64,000 nt of DNA. Origin: Anaerolineae bacterium. GTDB lineage: Bacteria; Chloroflexota; Anaerolineae; Anaerolineales; E44-bin32. Positions within the stretch are counted from its first letter, which is position 1. Each line of letters begins with the position of its first letter. The position numbers were made by a program, and so were the translations under genes. Under the pieces are notes generated by a model. That model saw only the letters and a list, made by a program, of their open reading frames with translations, was not told the DNA's origin and did no database searches. The stretch is taken from positions 3,642 through 67,641 of the forward strand of contig BTQZ01000007.1 in assembly GCA_036986135.1 (NCBI GenBank), written 5' to 3'. Shown here piece after piece: positions 8,523 to 18,484 of this stretch.

Positions 8523-9698
8523 ATGGAATGGAGTGATGAGGTCCAGCGTGCCTGGGATAATCTCCCAAAGGGCACACGAACCGAGATCGAGCGGGCGCTG
8601 CAGCGAGTACCTGGCGGCCTCAAAGGCTGGCGGGCACTCATCGACCAGGCCGCAGAGCACTTCCGGCTGGCTACTGGAACCAAGCGCAAGGTCGCCATCG
8701 TTGGGCCCGCAAACGTCGGCAAATCCACCCTCTACAATGCCCTGATTCAGCCTGATGAGGAACCCGCGGAAGTTAGTGCGGTTCCAGGGACGACCCGCGA
8801 TGTGCAGTCAGCCGATGCTGGCGTGTTTGCCATGATCGACACGCCGGGAACCGACGCGGAAGGCGAAGGCGGAGAGGCAGATCGCCAGAAGGCACTTCTG
8901 GCCGCAAGCAGCGCGGACCTCATGGTGCTGATATTCGATGCCTCTCACGGAGTGCGCAATCCTGAGCGCGCGTTGCACCAGAAACTGAATGCGCTTGGCG
9001 TCCCGATGATTGTGGCACTCAACAAAATGGATCTGGTAGGCGAAGAAGACGCGGCGGTGACCGGACGGGCGATCGGTACGCTCAAGCTAAAACACGATGA
9101 AGTGATCCCGATCAGCGCTCTTCGGCGGGAGGGGCTCGAAGACCTGCTGCTCGCCATGGTGAGGAAGGAGCCGGAAGTCCTCGTTGCGCTAGCAGAGGAG
9201 CTGCCGGCATATCGGAGAAAGCTCGCACAAACGGTCATCGTGCGTGGAGCTTCTGCGGCGGGAGCCATCGGATTCACCCCGCTGCCAATCATTGACTTTA
9301 TCCCGCTTGTTGGTGTTCAGGTAACGATGGTCCTGGGCATTGCGCGGGTCTATGCCTACCGTATCAGCCTGGCGCGTGCGCGGGAATTGATCGCCACATT
9401 TGGCGTCGGCGCACTGGGCCGGCTGGCCTTCTATGAGCTAAGCAAGTTTGGAGGGCCTCCCACCTGGCTGCTCTCCGCCGGCATTGCTGCAGGGACGACG
9501 GCCGCATTGGGATACGCGGCGGCGACTTGGTTTGAGAGCGGCCGGAAATTGTCGAACGCGGAGCTTAGAGCGCTGATGCTCCGCACCTCGCAGACGATGA
9601 TCGAACGCCTCAAGTCGCTTGGGAGACGCAGGCCGCGCAAGACTGAGTTGAGGGAACAGTTGAACGAGGCGCTAGAAAATCTGCCGATAGAGGATTAG
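8523..9698 (+). CDS. Era/MnmE-like GTPase with C-terminal DUF697/YcjF-like membrane domain
   Basis: G1 GPANVGKS, G2 GTTRD, G3 DTPG, G4 NKMD, ISA; C-terminal TPLPIID motif and hydrophobic helices. Confidence 0.88.
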   Translation: MEWSDEVQRAWDNLPKGTRTEIERALQRVPGGLKGWRALIDQAAEHFRLATGTKRKVAIVGPANVGKSTLYNALIQPDEEPAEVSAVPGTTRDVQSADAGVFAMIDTPGTDAEGEGGEADRQKALLAASSADLMVLIFDASHGVRNPERALHQKLNALGVPMIVALNKMDLVGEEDAAVTGRAIGTLKLKHDEVIPISALRREGLEDLLLAMVRKEPEVLVALAEELPAYRRKLAQTVIVRGASAAGAIGFTPLPIIDFIPLVGVQVTMVLGIARVYAYRISLARARELIATFGVGALGRLAFYELSKFGGPPTWLLSAGIAAGTTAALGYAAATWFESGRKLSNAELRALMLRTSQTMIERLKSLGRRRPRKTELREQLNEALENLPIED

Positions 9699-10546
9699 CC
9701 GACCGGACCCCGGCGCCGGCTGGCGATGTAGCCCCTCCCAGGGGCGAAGACAAAGATCACTCCGAAGATCGCAGTTGCCGCCAGTACGATCATAGGCCCC
9801 GAGGCGACCCCCAGATGAAACGAGAGATACAGGCCGACGACCCCAGACACCACGCCGATTACGGCCGCCACCAGCATCATGCTGGGCAGTCGCCGCGTGA
9901 GCAAGTATGCGGACGCGGCTGGCGTGATGAGCATCGCCAGGATCAGCACTACTCCGACCGCGCTGAGCGAGATCACGATCACGACCGCGAGCAGCACCAG
10001 AAGCAGGTTGTTGAGCCGGCCGACCGGGAGCTGCATGGTGCTGGCCAAGATCCGGTCGAACGCGAGAACTAGAAATTCCTTGAAGAAGGCCACGATAACG
10101 ATCAGAACAATCGTCGTCAGTAATGCAATCACGAGTAGGTCGGTCTGAGAGACATCAAGTAAGTTGCCAAAGAGTATGTTGTCCAGTTCTTCCTCGGAGT
10201 CTCCTCCAAGCACAGAAAGCAGTGCAATGCCAAGCGAAAAGGCGCCTACAAACACGACTCCGATGGCGCTATCTTCCTTAATAGTTGTTGTGGCGCTGAT
10301 GAAGTTGATCAACAGGGCGCCCAAGATACCGACGATAAGTGCCCCCGCCAATGCCGGCCAGCCCAACAGAACGGCTACGACGACCCCGGGAAGCACAATG
10401 TGCGCCACCGCATCCCCGAAAAAAGCCATTCCCCTGAGCACGACATAGCATCCCAGCACGGGCGCCACCACACCGATAAGGATTGCGGCCAGAAGGCCTC
10501 GGACCATGTAGGGAAAAGCCAGAGGATCTGTGAGCAGGGCCTCCAT
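9695..10546 (-). CDS. Mn/Zn ABC transporter permease (ZnuB/MntB family)
   Basis: GDAVAH..LPG, EDSAIG, ILFGNLL, LITPAASA. Confidence 0.93.
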   Translation of the reverse strand: MEALLTDPLAFPYMVRGLLAAILIGVVAPVLGCYVVLRGMAFFGDAVAHIVLPGVVVAVLLGWPALAGALIVGILGALLINFISATTTIKEDSAIGVVFVGAFSLGIALLSVLGGDSEEELDNILFGNLLDVSQTDLLVIALLTTIVLIVIVAFFKEFLVLAFDRILASTMQLPVGRLNNLLLVLLAVVIVISLSAVGVVLILAMLITPAASAYLLTRRLPSMMLVAAVIGVVSGVVGLYLSFHLGVASGPMIVLAATAIFGVIFVFAPGRGYIASRRRGPVG

Positions 10547-11337
10547 TACTCCATACCCTCGTGGTGCGTGTCGATCACCACCATCCCATCGGAAACTACA
10601 TGCAAATGACCGCCGTAGGCCTCCAGCAAGGCATCCGATGTGATGGCAGTCTTTGGATCCCCGATGGCGATCAAACGCCGGTTAAGCAGCATAACTTGGT
10701 CAAATCGTTCAGCCGCGAGATTGAGATCGTGGGTCGCAATGAGCACCGTAATGGACATTCTACGAAGCTCGTCCAGGATCTCAAGAATGGCTTCCTGCCC
10801 CGGCAAATCCAGACCGGTCAGGGGCTCGTCCAGCAATATGATGTCGGCTTGCTGGGCCACGGCTTGAGCCAGGAATACGCGCTGCCGTTGTCCAGTCGAG
10901 AGTGTCCGGATTGGCTTGCCTCGATGGCTCGCCAGGCCAACGCGATCGAGAGCAGAATCAACCTTCTCCCAGTCAGATTTACTCGGCCATCGAAAGAGCC
11001 CAATCTCCCTCACCCGACCCATCATGACGACCTCGGCCACCGTGACCGGGAAATCCAGGTTCACCTGGGACCGCTGCGGAAGATAACCCACGCAGATATG
11101 TCGTCCGGGTCCATGTCCAAAGATCTCGAGGGAGCCTGCTGTGGGGCGCAGGATCCCCGCGATAACCTTGAACAAGGTGGTCTTGCCGGCCCCGTTTGGT
11201 CCTACAATGGCCACGCGCTGGCCGGCCCCAACCGTGAAATTGAGATCTTCCAATGCCAGCGTACCGTCGTAGGCCGCTCGCAGTCGTTCCGCATGTATCG
11301 GAGGAGCACGCTGGTCGTGCTTGTTAGGGTGGTCCAT
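10546..11337 (-). CDS. Mn/Zn ABC transporter ATP-binding protein (ZnuC/MntA family)
   Basis: GPNGAGKT, YLPQR, FPVTV, LS.GQRQR, LLDEP; start placed at ATG 11337 just after a consensus promoter. Confidence 0.93.
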   Translation of the reverse strand: MDHPNKHDQRAPPIHAERLRAAYDGTLALEDLNFTVGAGQRVAIVGPNGAGKTTLFKVIAGILRPTAGSLEIFGHGPGRHICVGYLPQRSQVNLDFPVTVAEVVMMGRVREIGLFRWPSKSDWEKVDSALDRVGLASHRGKPIRTLSTGQRQRVFLAQAVAQQADIILLDEPLTGLDLPGQEAILEILDELRRMSITVLIATHDLNLAAERFDQVMLLNRRLIAIGDPKTAITSDALLEAYGGHLHVVSDGMVVIDTHHEGME

Positions 11338-11347
11338 GAGCGTGGCG

Positions 11348-11376
11348 AGCATAAGACCGGCCCTAGGTGTTGTCAA
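11348..11376 (-). promoter_or_regulatory. Sigma70-type promoter TTGACA-N17-TATGCT
   Basis: Near-consensus hexamers with 17-bp spacer; the -10 ends 10 nt before ATG 11337. Confidence 0.75.
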
Positions 11377-11662
11377 GGGAACGGGCTTGGTTATAGTTGG
11401 GACAACGAAACGAAGGCGACCGAACGCGAGATCGACCGTTAAAAAAAACGATCTGAAGGCCGCGCTGATTAAGGGTGTCGGCCCGCCTTTACCTGCCGGC
11501 GGGGCCACTTAGGTTGGATGGGCCAAGACCGCTGGTCTATTATCTCCATGGCGGGCCACAGAGCAAAGAGAGGGAACGACTACCGGTTAATCGGGACCTA
11601 AATAGGCCAGCGAACTTGCTGGAGACAGGCTGCACCTGAGCAGCCCGTATTGAATTAAGTGA

Positions 11663-13096
11663 CTATTCGGCGAGCTCGGCGGGGAAAGTGAGAGCTTCGC
11701 GAATCATCTCGCCGATCTCAGCATCAGGCGCCAGGATCCAGAGGGTCTGGTCGCCACCGATGTCGATGGAGTTCCAGTCGTCGGGGGAATCCCAGACAGA
11801 GCGGGTCGTAGAGGAGAGGCTCCGATCACCGAAGCGAGAATCTCCATAGTCACGGAAGGCGCCATAGAATTCATGCGCGTCGCGCACCGTATCCCAGGCT
11901 GTAGCGACGACAAGAACGCCCTGCCCCTTGAAATCGTTATGGAAGGCGATGTAGTAGTCGCCGCCCCAGCCCTCTGCTGCAACCTGCGCCTGCTCTTCGG
12001 GCAGACGCTCCCTGAGGGTCAGGAAAGTGAACCACTCGCCCAGCACGTCGCGATCCATCTCCCGCCAGCCTGACCCAAAGGAATCGAGCACTTCCGGTAC
12101 CGTCAGAGGAACAGGCATGTCATTTGGATAGCGCCCCGGGTGAAGGATCTGTTCTGTCGAAACCGGCGGAGCGGCATACAGCGCATCGACCGCCGCCCAA
12201 CCACCGTCCAGGAAAACGCTTTCAACAAAGTCAAAGCCGGTGGTATACGGGAACAAGAAGTCCTCTTTCAGGAACTCCGGAGCGGATTCATAAGCCGGAC
12301 TCGAGAACGAGTCATAGAAGTCGAGCAGCTGTTGAAAATCTGCGTCGGAGGCGTAGGTCAACAGCCATCTCTCCTCAAGCAGCGTGGCATCGCCTTCTAA
12401 CAGGGCCTGCAGGGCGGCACAACGCTCGCTATCCTCCTCACAGGCCTCATGATTGAAGCCCAGGCCCTGGTCCAGATCGTAGGTTTGATCCTGCAGCGCA
12501 TGCGCGTACTCATGCGCGTACGTTAATCGTTCGGGTCCTCCGAACCGAGAATCTTGAACCACGAACATCTGCTCGATTTCGTCGTCGTAAAACCCAGCGA
12601 TGTTCTCACTGTAGAGGTCGAGGTAGAGATCAAAGAGTTCATAGTCGGCATCGAGCAGGCCCAGCAGCGCAAGAACCCGAGCGTCGTCCTGTGCCTCCTC
12701 CTGACTGTAGTCGATCAGGAAATCGTCAAGCACGTACTCGCGCAGTTCGTCTGCCGAGAGCAGCGCCCGGTTGACGGGGGCGCTTGGCCGTAGACCTCGC
12801 AGCAGTACGACCTCATCTTGGATCTGGTCCATCTGCTCGCGAACCTCTGAGGGGATTGATTCGTTAGGCGACGTGATTGGGTCGGCGGGCGCCGCTTCGC
12901 CCCCGGGATCGATCGGAGTCTCATCATCGGAAGGCGGACCCTCGTCCAACGTGGGTGGGGGCGATGCAGAGGGCTCTTCGCCTCCCAGCGAAAATCCAGT
13001 GGTGTCCTCGATCAGGCCGTACGCAAAGTTGCAGGCTAGGCCGGAGAGGGCCAGGACCATCAGCAGAAGGGGGATATGAGCCGATCTGAATCTCAA
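11663..13096 (-). CDS. Acidic lipoprotein with HExxH zincin motif (Hvo_1808-like)
   Basis: Lipobox GLAC, Pro-rich linker, AGFYD, AHEYAHALQDQ, EGDAT, FPY..G..F, P.STEQILHP, GWGGD. Confidence 0.8.
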   Translation of the reverse strand: MRFRSAHIPLLLMVLALSGLACNFAYGLIEDTTGFSLGGEEPSASPPPTLDEGPPSDDETPIDPGGEAAPADPITSPNESIPSEVREQMDQIQDEVVLLRGLRPSAPVNRALLSADELREYVLDDFLIDYSQEEAQDDARVLALLGLLDADYELFDLYLDLYSENIAGFYDDEIEQMFVVQDSRFGGPERLTYAHEYAHALQDQTYDLDQGLGFNHEACEEDSERCAALQALLEGDATLLEERWLLTYASDADFQQLLDFYDSFSSPAYESAPEFLKEDFLFPYTTGFDFVESVFLDGGWAAVDALYAAPPVSTEQILHPGRYPNDMPVPLTVPEVLDSFGSGWREMDRDVLGEWFTFLTLRERLPEEQAQVAAEGWGGDYYIAFHNDFKGQGVLVVATAWDTVRDAHEFYGAFRDYGDSRFGDRSLSSTTRSVWDSPDDWNSIDIGGDQTLWILAPDAEIGEMIREALTFPAELAE

Positions 13097-13213
13097 AGTC
13101 AGCTTCCGAGAATCCGGCGGATTGTATCACCGGGGGCTTGGAGAGGCTTGGAATCGCCGGTCACCACGCGTATTTACATGCGGGGAATTCAAATGTGGGG
13201 TTCAGACCCAGAG

Positions 13214-13870
13214 CTACAGGGGGGGTTCGACGAGGATGTGGCCTGCAACCTCTCGGCCCAGGGAATGCTCGTCGCCATTGATCCGGATAGTGACAGGTCC
13301 ATCAAAAGGTGCACTGGATATTACGCGGACCTTGGCTCTGGGAAACAGTCCCATCTCTCCAAGGTAGCGCAGTAGCTCTGCGTCGTGGTCGCTGACTTCC
13401 GCGATGACTGCAGCCTCGCCGGGTTCAAGTTCTGAAAGCCGTCGGAGATCAGATTTCGGGATAGTCCCATCCCGCGTGGGAATTGGCGCGCCGTGGGGAT
13501 CAGTGGTGGGGTGGCCAAGCTTGTCATCCATGATGTCTTCCATTTCCTCTGAGAGCACATGCTCCCATCGGTCGGCCTCCTCGTGGACCTTATCCCAGGG
13601 AACCCCCAACGCTTCGGCCAGGTAGCTCTCGACTAGCCGATGGTGGCGGATGACCTCCAGTGCGATATTTTTCCCGGCCGGCGTCAGCTCGACCCCCTGG
13701 TAAGGCTCATGCACCACGAGCTTCATCGTGGCCAGCTTCTTGACCATTCCCGTAACGGAGGCTGGCGCGACGCCAAGCTGCTCCGACAAGCTTGTGGTAG
13801 AGACCTTTCCACTCTCTGCCTGGAGCTCATAGATGGCCTTTAGATAATCTTCAACCGCCTGTGTTTGCAT
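13214..13870 (-). CDS. DtxR/MntR-family metal-dependent repressor with FeoA domain
   Basis: EDYLKAIY, SVTGMVKKL, RHHRLVESYL, EADRWEH, DPHGAPIP, C-terminal FeoA/SH3. Confidence 0.95.
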   Translation of the reverse strand: MQTQAVEDYLKAIYELQAESGKVSTTSLSEQLGVAPASVTGMVKKLATMKLVVHEPYQGVELTPAGKNIALEVIRHHRLVESYLAEALGVPWDKVHEEADRWEHVLSEEMEDIMDDKLGHPTTDPHGAPIPTRDGTIPKSDLRRLSELEPGEAAVIAEVSDHDAELLRYLGEMGLFPRAKVRVISSAPFDGPVTIRINGDEHSLGREVAGHILVEPPL

Positions 13871-13886
13871 CAGCCAGCACCAAAAA

Positions 13887-13900
13887 TTAGGCTTGCCTAA
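13887..13900. promoter_or_regulatory. DtxR-type operator TTAGG-CTTG-CCTAA (autoregulatory site)
   Basis: Palindrome 16 nt upstream of the repressor start, downstream of TTGACA (13934-13939, minus strand). Confidence 0.8.
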
Positions 13901-13999
13901 ATCTAGGATAGATATACTCTTTGCTCTGGTAATTGTCAAGCGCTCTCGGTTCTCCGAGCATCCAAGATCCTTGCCTCAACGCCCTGCGGGATTCGCTTC

Positions 14000-14836
14000 T
14001 TACATTCCCCGGATCAGCCCACCAGGCTGGCAGGTGCGGCAGAAATTGGTGATTCTTCCGCCAGCGGTGACTTCAGAAACCTTCCCGCCGCAGCGGGGGC
14101 AAACCTCACCGCCGCGCATGTGCACCGCGAAGAAATCGCGAGGTTTCAAATGAACATCCTCGCCCATGGCCGCGCGTACCTTATCAATCGAATCCAATAA
14201 TGTCTCGCGCATGGCGGAGTAGAGCACCTTGATCTCTTCAGAGTCGAGGTCCGTTCGCTTTCGGTAGGGATGGATTTTGGCTTTCCACAAGATCTCGTCC
14301 GCGTAGGCATTGCCGATGCCCGCTACAAACTGTTCGCGAGCTAGGACTCCCTTTATCTCGCCTCTAAAACGCTTCAATCGGGCAACGAAATCCTCCTTCG
14401 AGACATCCAGGGCATCTGGCCCCATGTCGGAATATGTCGGCACTTTAGCCAGGTCGCTGGTCGTATAGAGCTGGCCCATGCGCTTCTGATCCACATAGCG
14501 GAGTTCTTGCTCAGGGTCGCCAAAGTGCAGGGTGACGTGGACCGGGCCCGCCTTCTTAGCTCCCGGCAGAGCGAGCTGGAATCGTCCCGTAAGCTTTGGG
14601 TTGACGACTAGATGGAGGTCCGTGGCAGACAGTAGATCAAAGACCACGAATTTTCCCCGCCGCTTAATCGTGCCGATCTGCGAGCCGGTGAGGGTCTCAG
14701 CGAAGCCGCCCCCGGTCAGGTCGCGTGCCACAATCGGCCCGCCTCGGCCAGACAACGTTACGTGCTCTACGACCTGGCCGCCCACTCGGGCTTGGAGGAC
14801 ATCACGTACGATTTCCAGCTCCGGAAGCTCAGGCAT
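14000..14836 (-). CDS. Fpg/Nei-family DNA glycosylase/AP lyase
   Basis: N-terminal MPELPE, RRGK, H2TH GIGNAYADEIL, zinc finger CPRCG...CRTCQ. Confidence 0.93.
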   Translation of the reverse strand: MPELPELEIVRDVLQARVGGQVVEHVTLSGRGGPIVARDLTGGGFAETLTGSQIGTIKRRGKFVVFDLLSATDLHLVVNPKLTGRFQLALPGAKKAGPVHVTLHFGDPEQELRYVDQKRMGQLYTTSDLAKVPTYSDMGPDALDVSKEDFVARLKRFRGEIKGVLAREQFVAGIGNAYADEILWKAKIHPYRKRTDLDSEEIKVLYSAMRETLLDSIDKVRAAMGEDVHLKPRDFFAVHMRGGEVCPRCGGKVSEVTAGGRITNFCRTCQPGGLIRGM

Positions 14837-14872
14837 TGCGCGCCTGCCTCTCAGCACATTCCCAGGGAGGCA

Positions 14873-16387
14873 TCAGGGCGGAGGCTCCAATTCATAGATC
14901 GCGTAGCGGCCATCGTGGTAGCGCTCCCGCATTTCCGGGCAGTCCTGACCCAGCTGCTCGGGCCCGAGCACGATATGGGTCACTCCATATTCATCAATGA
15001 AGTCTCCCATAAGCCCACAATCAATCTCTTCCCTGTAGAACCACTGGAGCAACCGCACCCGGTCGCGCCAGTTGATCACTTCTCCCCTGCGGTAGGGAAT
15101 GGACTTGAAATCTGCCAGGATGGGTGTGCCGGTTGCCAGGCGAAAGTCCTGCAGCTTGGGAGGTATCGCATACAGCTGCCCTGGCACCCTGGCCGCCTGA
15201 ACATAGTCGTATAAGGCGCGCTCGGGAGCGATCTGCCGCTGCAGGCTCTGGACTGCAATCCAGATCAGGCCGCCGACGATCGAAAGGCCGATTACCAGCA
15301 TGCTGGCTGGAGACGCGATACGGCCGAGTCGCTGCCCCGTGTGCTCACTCAGCCAGACCGCAAGCCATCCGGCAAGGATTGTGATTGAGAGCGGAACCAG
15401 ATAGGCGGACAATCGCCAGGGGAAGAGAAGCGCCAGGGCGTCACTCCCGGTAAGGATCTGGAGCAAGGTAAGCGCCACGCCAACCGCGACCGAGATCAGC
15501 AGGACCGGCAACAGCGGATTACTTCTGGTCAAGATCAGTGCCAGGCCGATGAGCGCCAACGTTGCGAGCGTTGCGGCGCCAAACCATTCGGACACGGCGG
15601 CATGCGCGGGAAGGCGGAAGTGAGCCAAAATGCCCTGCGCGTCTGCCGCAGAGGGAAAAAACGAACTGTAAGTGTAGGCCAGGATGGGCAGCACCACGAT
15701 CAGTGCAAGACCGCCGAGCTGGAGCGACTTTCTGTAGCTCTTGCCAGTGCGGACCTCGACAAACATGTATACGAGGGTGAGAACGGCCGCGCTGAGCAAG
15801 TAGGTCGGGTGTACTGTAGCCGCCACCGCGGCCGCCAGAACCGCGCGGTGGGGACGATCTTCGATGAACTGCTGAACGGAGAGCAGCAAGAACACGCCAA
15901 AGCTGCTCGGCTGCAGCACGGTGCCGAGCAGTCTCTGTCCGGCCAGCCCGCCGTCGAACAGGTATTCCCAGTCTCCGCCGACCCCGCGGCCTAGCAGCAC
16001 GTGCAACGCGGCGGAATGCGTCACGAAGATCACAGCCAGGTAGACCCATCGCGTGGACCTGGAGCGCTCGAGGTTGAAAAGCCGATCTGAGATGTGACGC
16101 AGGCTGTAGAGGTAGACGGAGAAGAGAAGGAAGTAGTAAAGGTAGAAGGTGGCCTGAGGGAGGTAGCGCGTTGTGAAGACCACGAGCCAGGTAAACACGG
16201 GTGTTGGATCCGTCGTGCCGGCCAGCCAATCCTCTGCAAGCAGCCCCTGCCCGGCTTGAGCGAGGCCGTGCAGAAAGTATTGATTTTGATTAGAGGTGTA
16301 GAGCGGGGCCTGACCGTAGGCCAGGCCAAGCAAGACACCCCAGACTATGAACTCCAGCGCCGAGCGAAGGCGTGCACGAATGGACAT
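14873..16387 (-). CDS. Polytopic membrane protein (DUF6798-like)
   Basis: About 12 hydrophobic segments; SNQNQY, DWL, R.PAH, FPWR, DFKSIP motifs. Confidence 0.7.
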   Translation of the reverse strand: MSIRARLRSALEFIVWGVLLGLAYGQAPLYTSNQNQYFLHGLAQAGQGLLAEDWLAGTTDPTPVFTWLVVFTTRYLPQATFYLYYFLLFSVYLYSLRHISDRLFNLERSRSTRWVYLAVIFVTHSAALHVLLGRGVGGDWEYLFDGGLAGQRLLGTVLQPSSFGVFLLLSVQQFIEDRPHRAVLAAAVAATVHPTYLLSAAVLTLVYMFVEVRTGKSYRKSLQLGGLALIVVLPILAYTYSSFFPSAADAQGILAHFRLPAHAAVSEWFGAATLATLALIGLALILTRSNPLLPVLLISVAVGVALTLLQILTGSDALALLFPWRLSAYLVPLSITILAGWLAVWLSEHTGQRLGRIASPASMLVIGLSIVGGLIWIAVQSLQRQIAPERALYDYVQAARVPGQLYAIPPKLQDFRLATGTPILADFKSIPYRRGEVINWRDRVRLLQWFYREEIDCGLMGDFIDEYGVTHIVLGPEQLGQDCPEMRERYHDGRYAIYELEPPP

Positions 16388-16519
16388 GGTCGAACTATCA
16401 CGCAAGTGAGGCTCTCTCGCAAGGGCTTGTAAGGCAACGGGATTGCAGCGCGCCTATCCTGGAGGATAAAGCTCACTTGACCGCATTGCGCGCCTCAAGC
16501 ATATTGCCTTGGGGTAACA

Positions 16520-16538
16520 ATTCTGCAGTCTGCAGAAT
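16520..16538. promoter_or_regulatory. Perfect 9-1-9 palindrome, candidate metalloregulator operator
   Basis: ATTCTGCAG-T-CTGCAGAAT 26 nt before the ZIP gene. Confidence 0.45.
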
Positions 16539-16564
16539 GCAAACTACAGGGGCCATCCAGAACC

Positions 16565-17341
16565 TTGACAGAGCCAACGCTTGCCAACGCAGTGATCGCT
16601 GCCACCATAACCATGCTGGCAACCGGACTCGGCGCACTGCCCTTCGTGTTCGTGCGCCGCTTCCCCGACGACCTGGCGCGTCTCGGCTGGGCATTTGCGG
16701 GCGGTATTATGCTCTCCGCCTCAGTCTTCAATCTCATCATCCCTGGTGTCGCTAAAGGGGGTATTCCACTCGTCGCCCTTGGAGTCCTGACTGGAACGGC
16801 CCTCTTTGGGTGGGCGTCCATGTATCTAGGTCGCCATGAACACGACGAGAGCGGCATCCCCATTCCGAAACCCAATGTTCAAGGCAACGCCAGGATCGCC
16901 TTGATTCTGGGCACGATGTTTTTGCACAGCTTTCCTGAGGGTCTGGCGGTCGGGGTCGCCTATGGGTCCGGCGAGGCCGCGCTCGGTGTGCTTGTGGCCG
17001 TCGCGATCGCCATCCACAATATTCCCGAGGGCGTGGCCGTCTCACTTCCGCTGAGAGCCGCCGGCGTCAGCGCATGGAAGTGTGTTGGCTGGTCGATATT
17101 TTCCAGCCTCCCACAGCCCATTGCTGTAATTCCCGCCTTTCTAGCGGTCAAGATCTTTGAACCCTTTCTCCCCTTTGCATTTGGATTGGCGGCCGGCGCA
17201 ATGTTCTTCCTGGTTCTTAGTGAGATGATCCCCGAAAGCCGCGCTAACGATTCCCAGCGACTCACCAGCGCCCTGGCTTCCATGGCAGGCTTCCTGCTTC
17301 TGATGGCCCTCACCTATCTGCTGCTGCTCCCCGGTTCCTAG
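16565..17341 (+). CDS. ZIP-family metal transporter (ZupT/GufA-like)
   Basis: LHSFPEG and IHNIPEG motifs; AAGAM...EMIPE. Confidence 0.93.
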   Translation: MTEPTLANAVIAATITMLATGLGALPFVFVRRFPDDLARLGWAFAGGIMLSASVFNLIIPGVAKGGIPLVALGVLTGTALFGWASMYLGRHEHDESGIPIPKPNVQGNARIALILGTMFLHSFPEGLAVGVAYGSGEAALGVLVAVAIAIHNIPEGVAVSLPLRAAGVSAWKCVGWSIFSSLPQPIAVIPAFLAVKIFEPFLPFAFGLAAGAMFFLVLSEMIPESRANDSQRLTSALASMAGFLLLMALTYLLLLPGS

Positions 17342-17401
17342 CCCCGAAATCTTGCTCCCATAGAACTGGCGCAATTAGTTACATTATCCCCCTTCCCAAA
17401 T

Positions 17402-17415
17402 TTAGGTATTCCTAA
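17402..17415. promoter_or_regulatory. DtxR-type operator TTAGG-TATT-CCTAA
   Basis: Same TTAGG-N4-CCTAA palindrome as 13887, in the AT-rich leader of the feo operon. Confidence 0.8.
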
Positions 17416-17461
17416 TAAAATGGTGAGCATCAACTAATAGACTGCTGTATATATAAAAAAG

Positions 17462-18484
17462 ATGACTGACCCGTTGGTCGCGCTGATCGCCGCCTTGATC
17501 CTTCTTGCTGCTGTAGCGGGTCTCTTCTATCCACGCCGCGGCATCATTCCGCGCTGGCGTCGGGCCCGACAGCAGACCGAGCGCATACGCATGGAGGACG
17601 CGCTCAAGCACATCCTTGGATGCGAGATGAGCGGAGATCGATTCACGGCCAACAGCCTTGCTGGGGCGCTGCAAATCACCGCCGACCAGGCGGCGAACTT
17701 GCTGCTGAAAATGGAGCGCCGTGGCTTGCTGCAGGTAGAGCGCGATTCGATTCGGCTGTCTCCCGTCGGTCGCCAATCGGCGCTTCATATTCTCCGAGCG
17801 CACCGGCTATGGGAGAGTTATCTTGCGGATGAAACCGGGGTCGGCGAATTGGAATGGCACGGACAGGCGGAGTGGCACGAGCATCAACTGACTCCCGAGG
17901 AAGCGGAGACGCTTGCTGCCCGCCTGGGGAATCCAACTCACGATCCGCATGGGGATCCCATTCCCAGCGCGGAGGGCGAGTTGTTGCCTCAAGCAGGCAT
18001 ACCGCTAATTTCCGCAGAGGTCAATGAGCCGCTCCAGATCGTACATATCGAGGATGAGCCGCAGACGGTGTTCGCGCAGCTGCTTGCCGAAGGGCTGTAT
18101 CCAGGAATGGAAGTGCGGTTGGTCGAACGTTCGCCCCACCGGATCCGCTTTTGGGCGGGCGGCGACGAACACGTTCTGGCCCCGGTAATTGCGGCCAACG
18201 TCTCGGTCGACCGACCCGCGGACCCAAGCGATCTGGCCGGACAGCGATTGAGCGACCTGGCCCACGGTGAGCGAGGTCAAGTCGTTGAAATCTCTTCCCG
18301 GTGCAGAGGACTGCAGCGTCGGCGGCTGCAGGATCTCGGATTCTTGCCGGGAGCTGAGATTCGGGCGGAGCTAGCCAGCAGCAGCGGAGATCCGGTGGCT
18401 TATCGTATCCGGGGCACGCTCATAGCCCTGCGAAAAGAACAGGCGGATCTGATCCGAATCCGACGCGCAGAGGAGGCGGCGTGA
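17462..18484 (+). CDS. Membrane-anchored DtxR-like protein fused to two FeoA domains
   Basis: N-terminal TM helix, EDALKH, RAHRLWESYL, DPHGDPIP, two FeoA repeats (..GLYPG.., RRRLQDLGFLPG..GDP..ALRK). Confidence 0.88.
   Translation: MTDPLVALIAALILLAAVAGLFYPRRGIIPRWRRARQQTERIRMEDALKHILGCEMSGDRFTANSLAGALQITADQAANLLLKMERRGLLQVERDSIRLSPVGRQSALHILRAHRLWESYLADETGVGELEWHGQAEWHEHQLTPEEAETLAARLGNPTHDPHGDPIPSAEGELLPQAGIPLISAEVNEPLQIVHIEDEPQTVFAQLLAEGLYPGMEVRLVERSPHRIRFWAGGDEHVLAPVIAANVSVDRPADPSDLAGQRLSDLAHGERGQVVEISSRCRGLQRRRLQDLGFLPGAEIRAELASSSGDPVAYRIRGTLIALRKEQADLIRIRRAEEAA

Noticed and set aside
11380-11660. yybP-ykoY manganese riboswitch before the metal ABC genes
   Set aside because: Conserved GGGGAGUA/CAAGACC elements not found on the coding strand, and the promoter lies downstream of this stretch.
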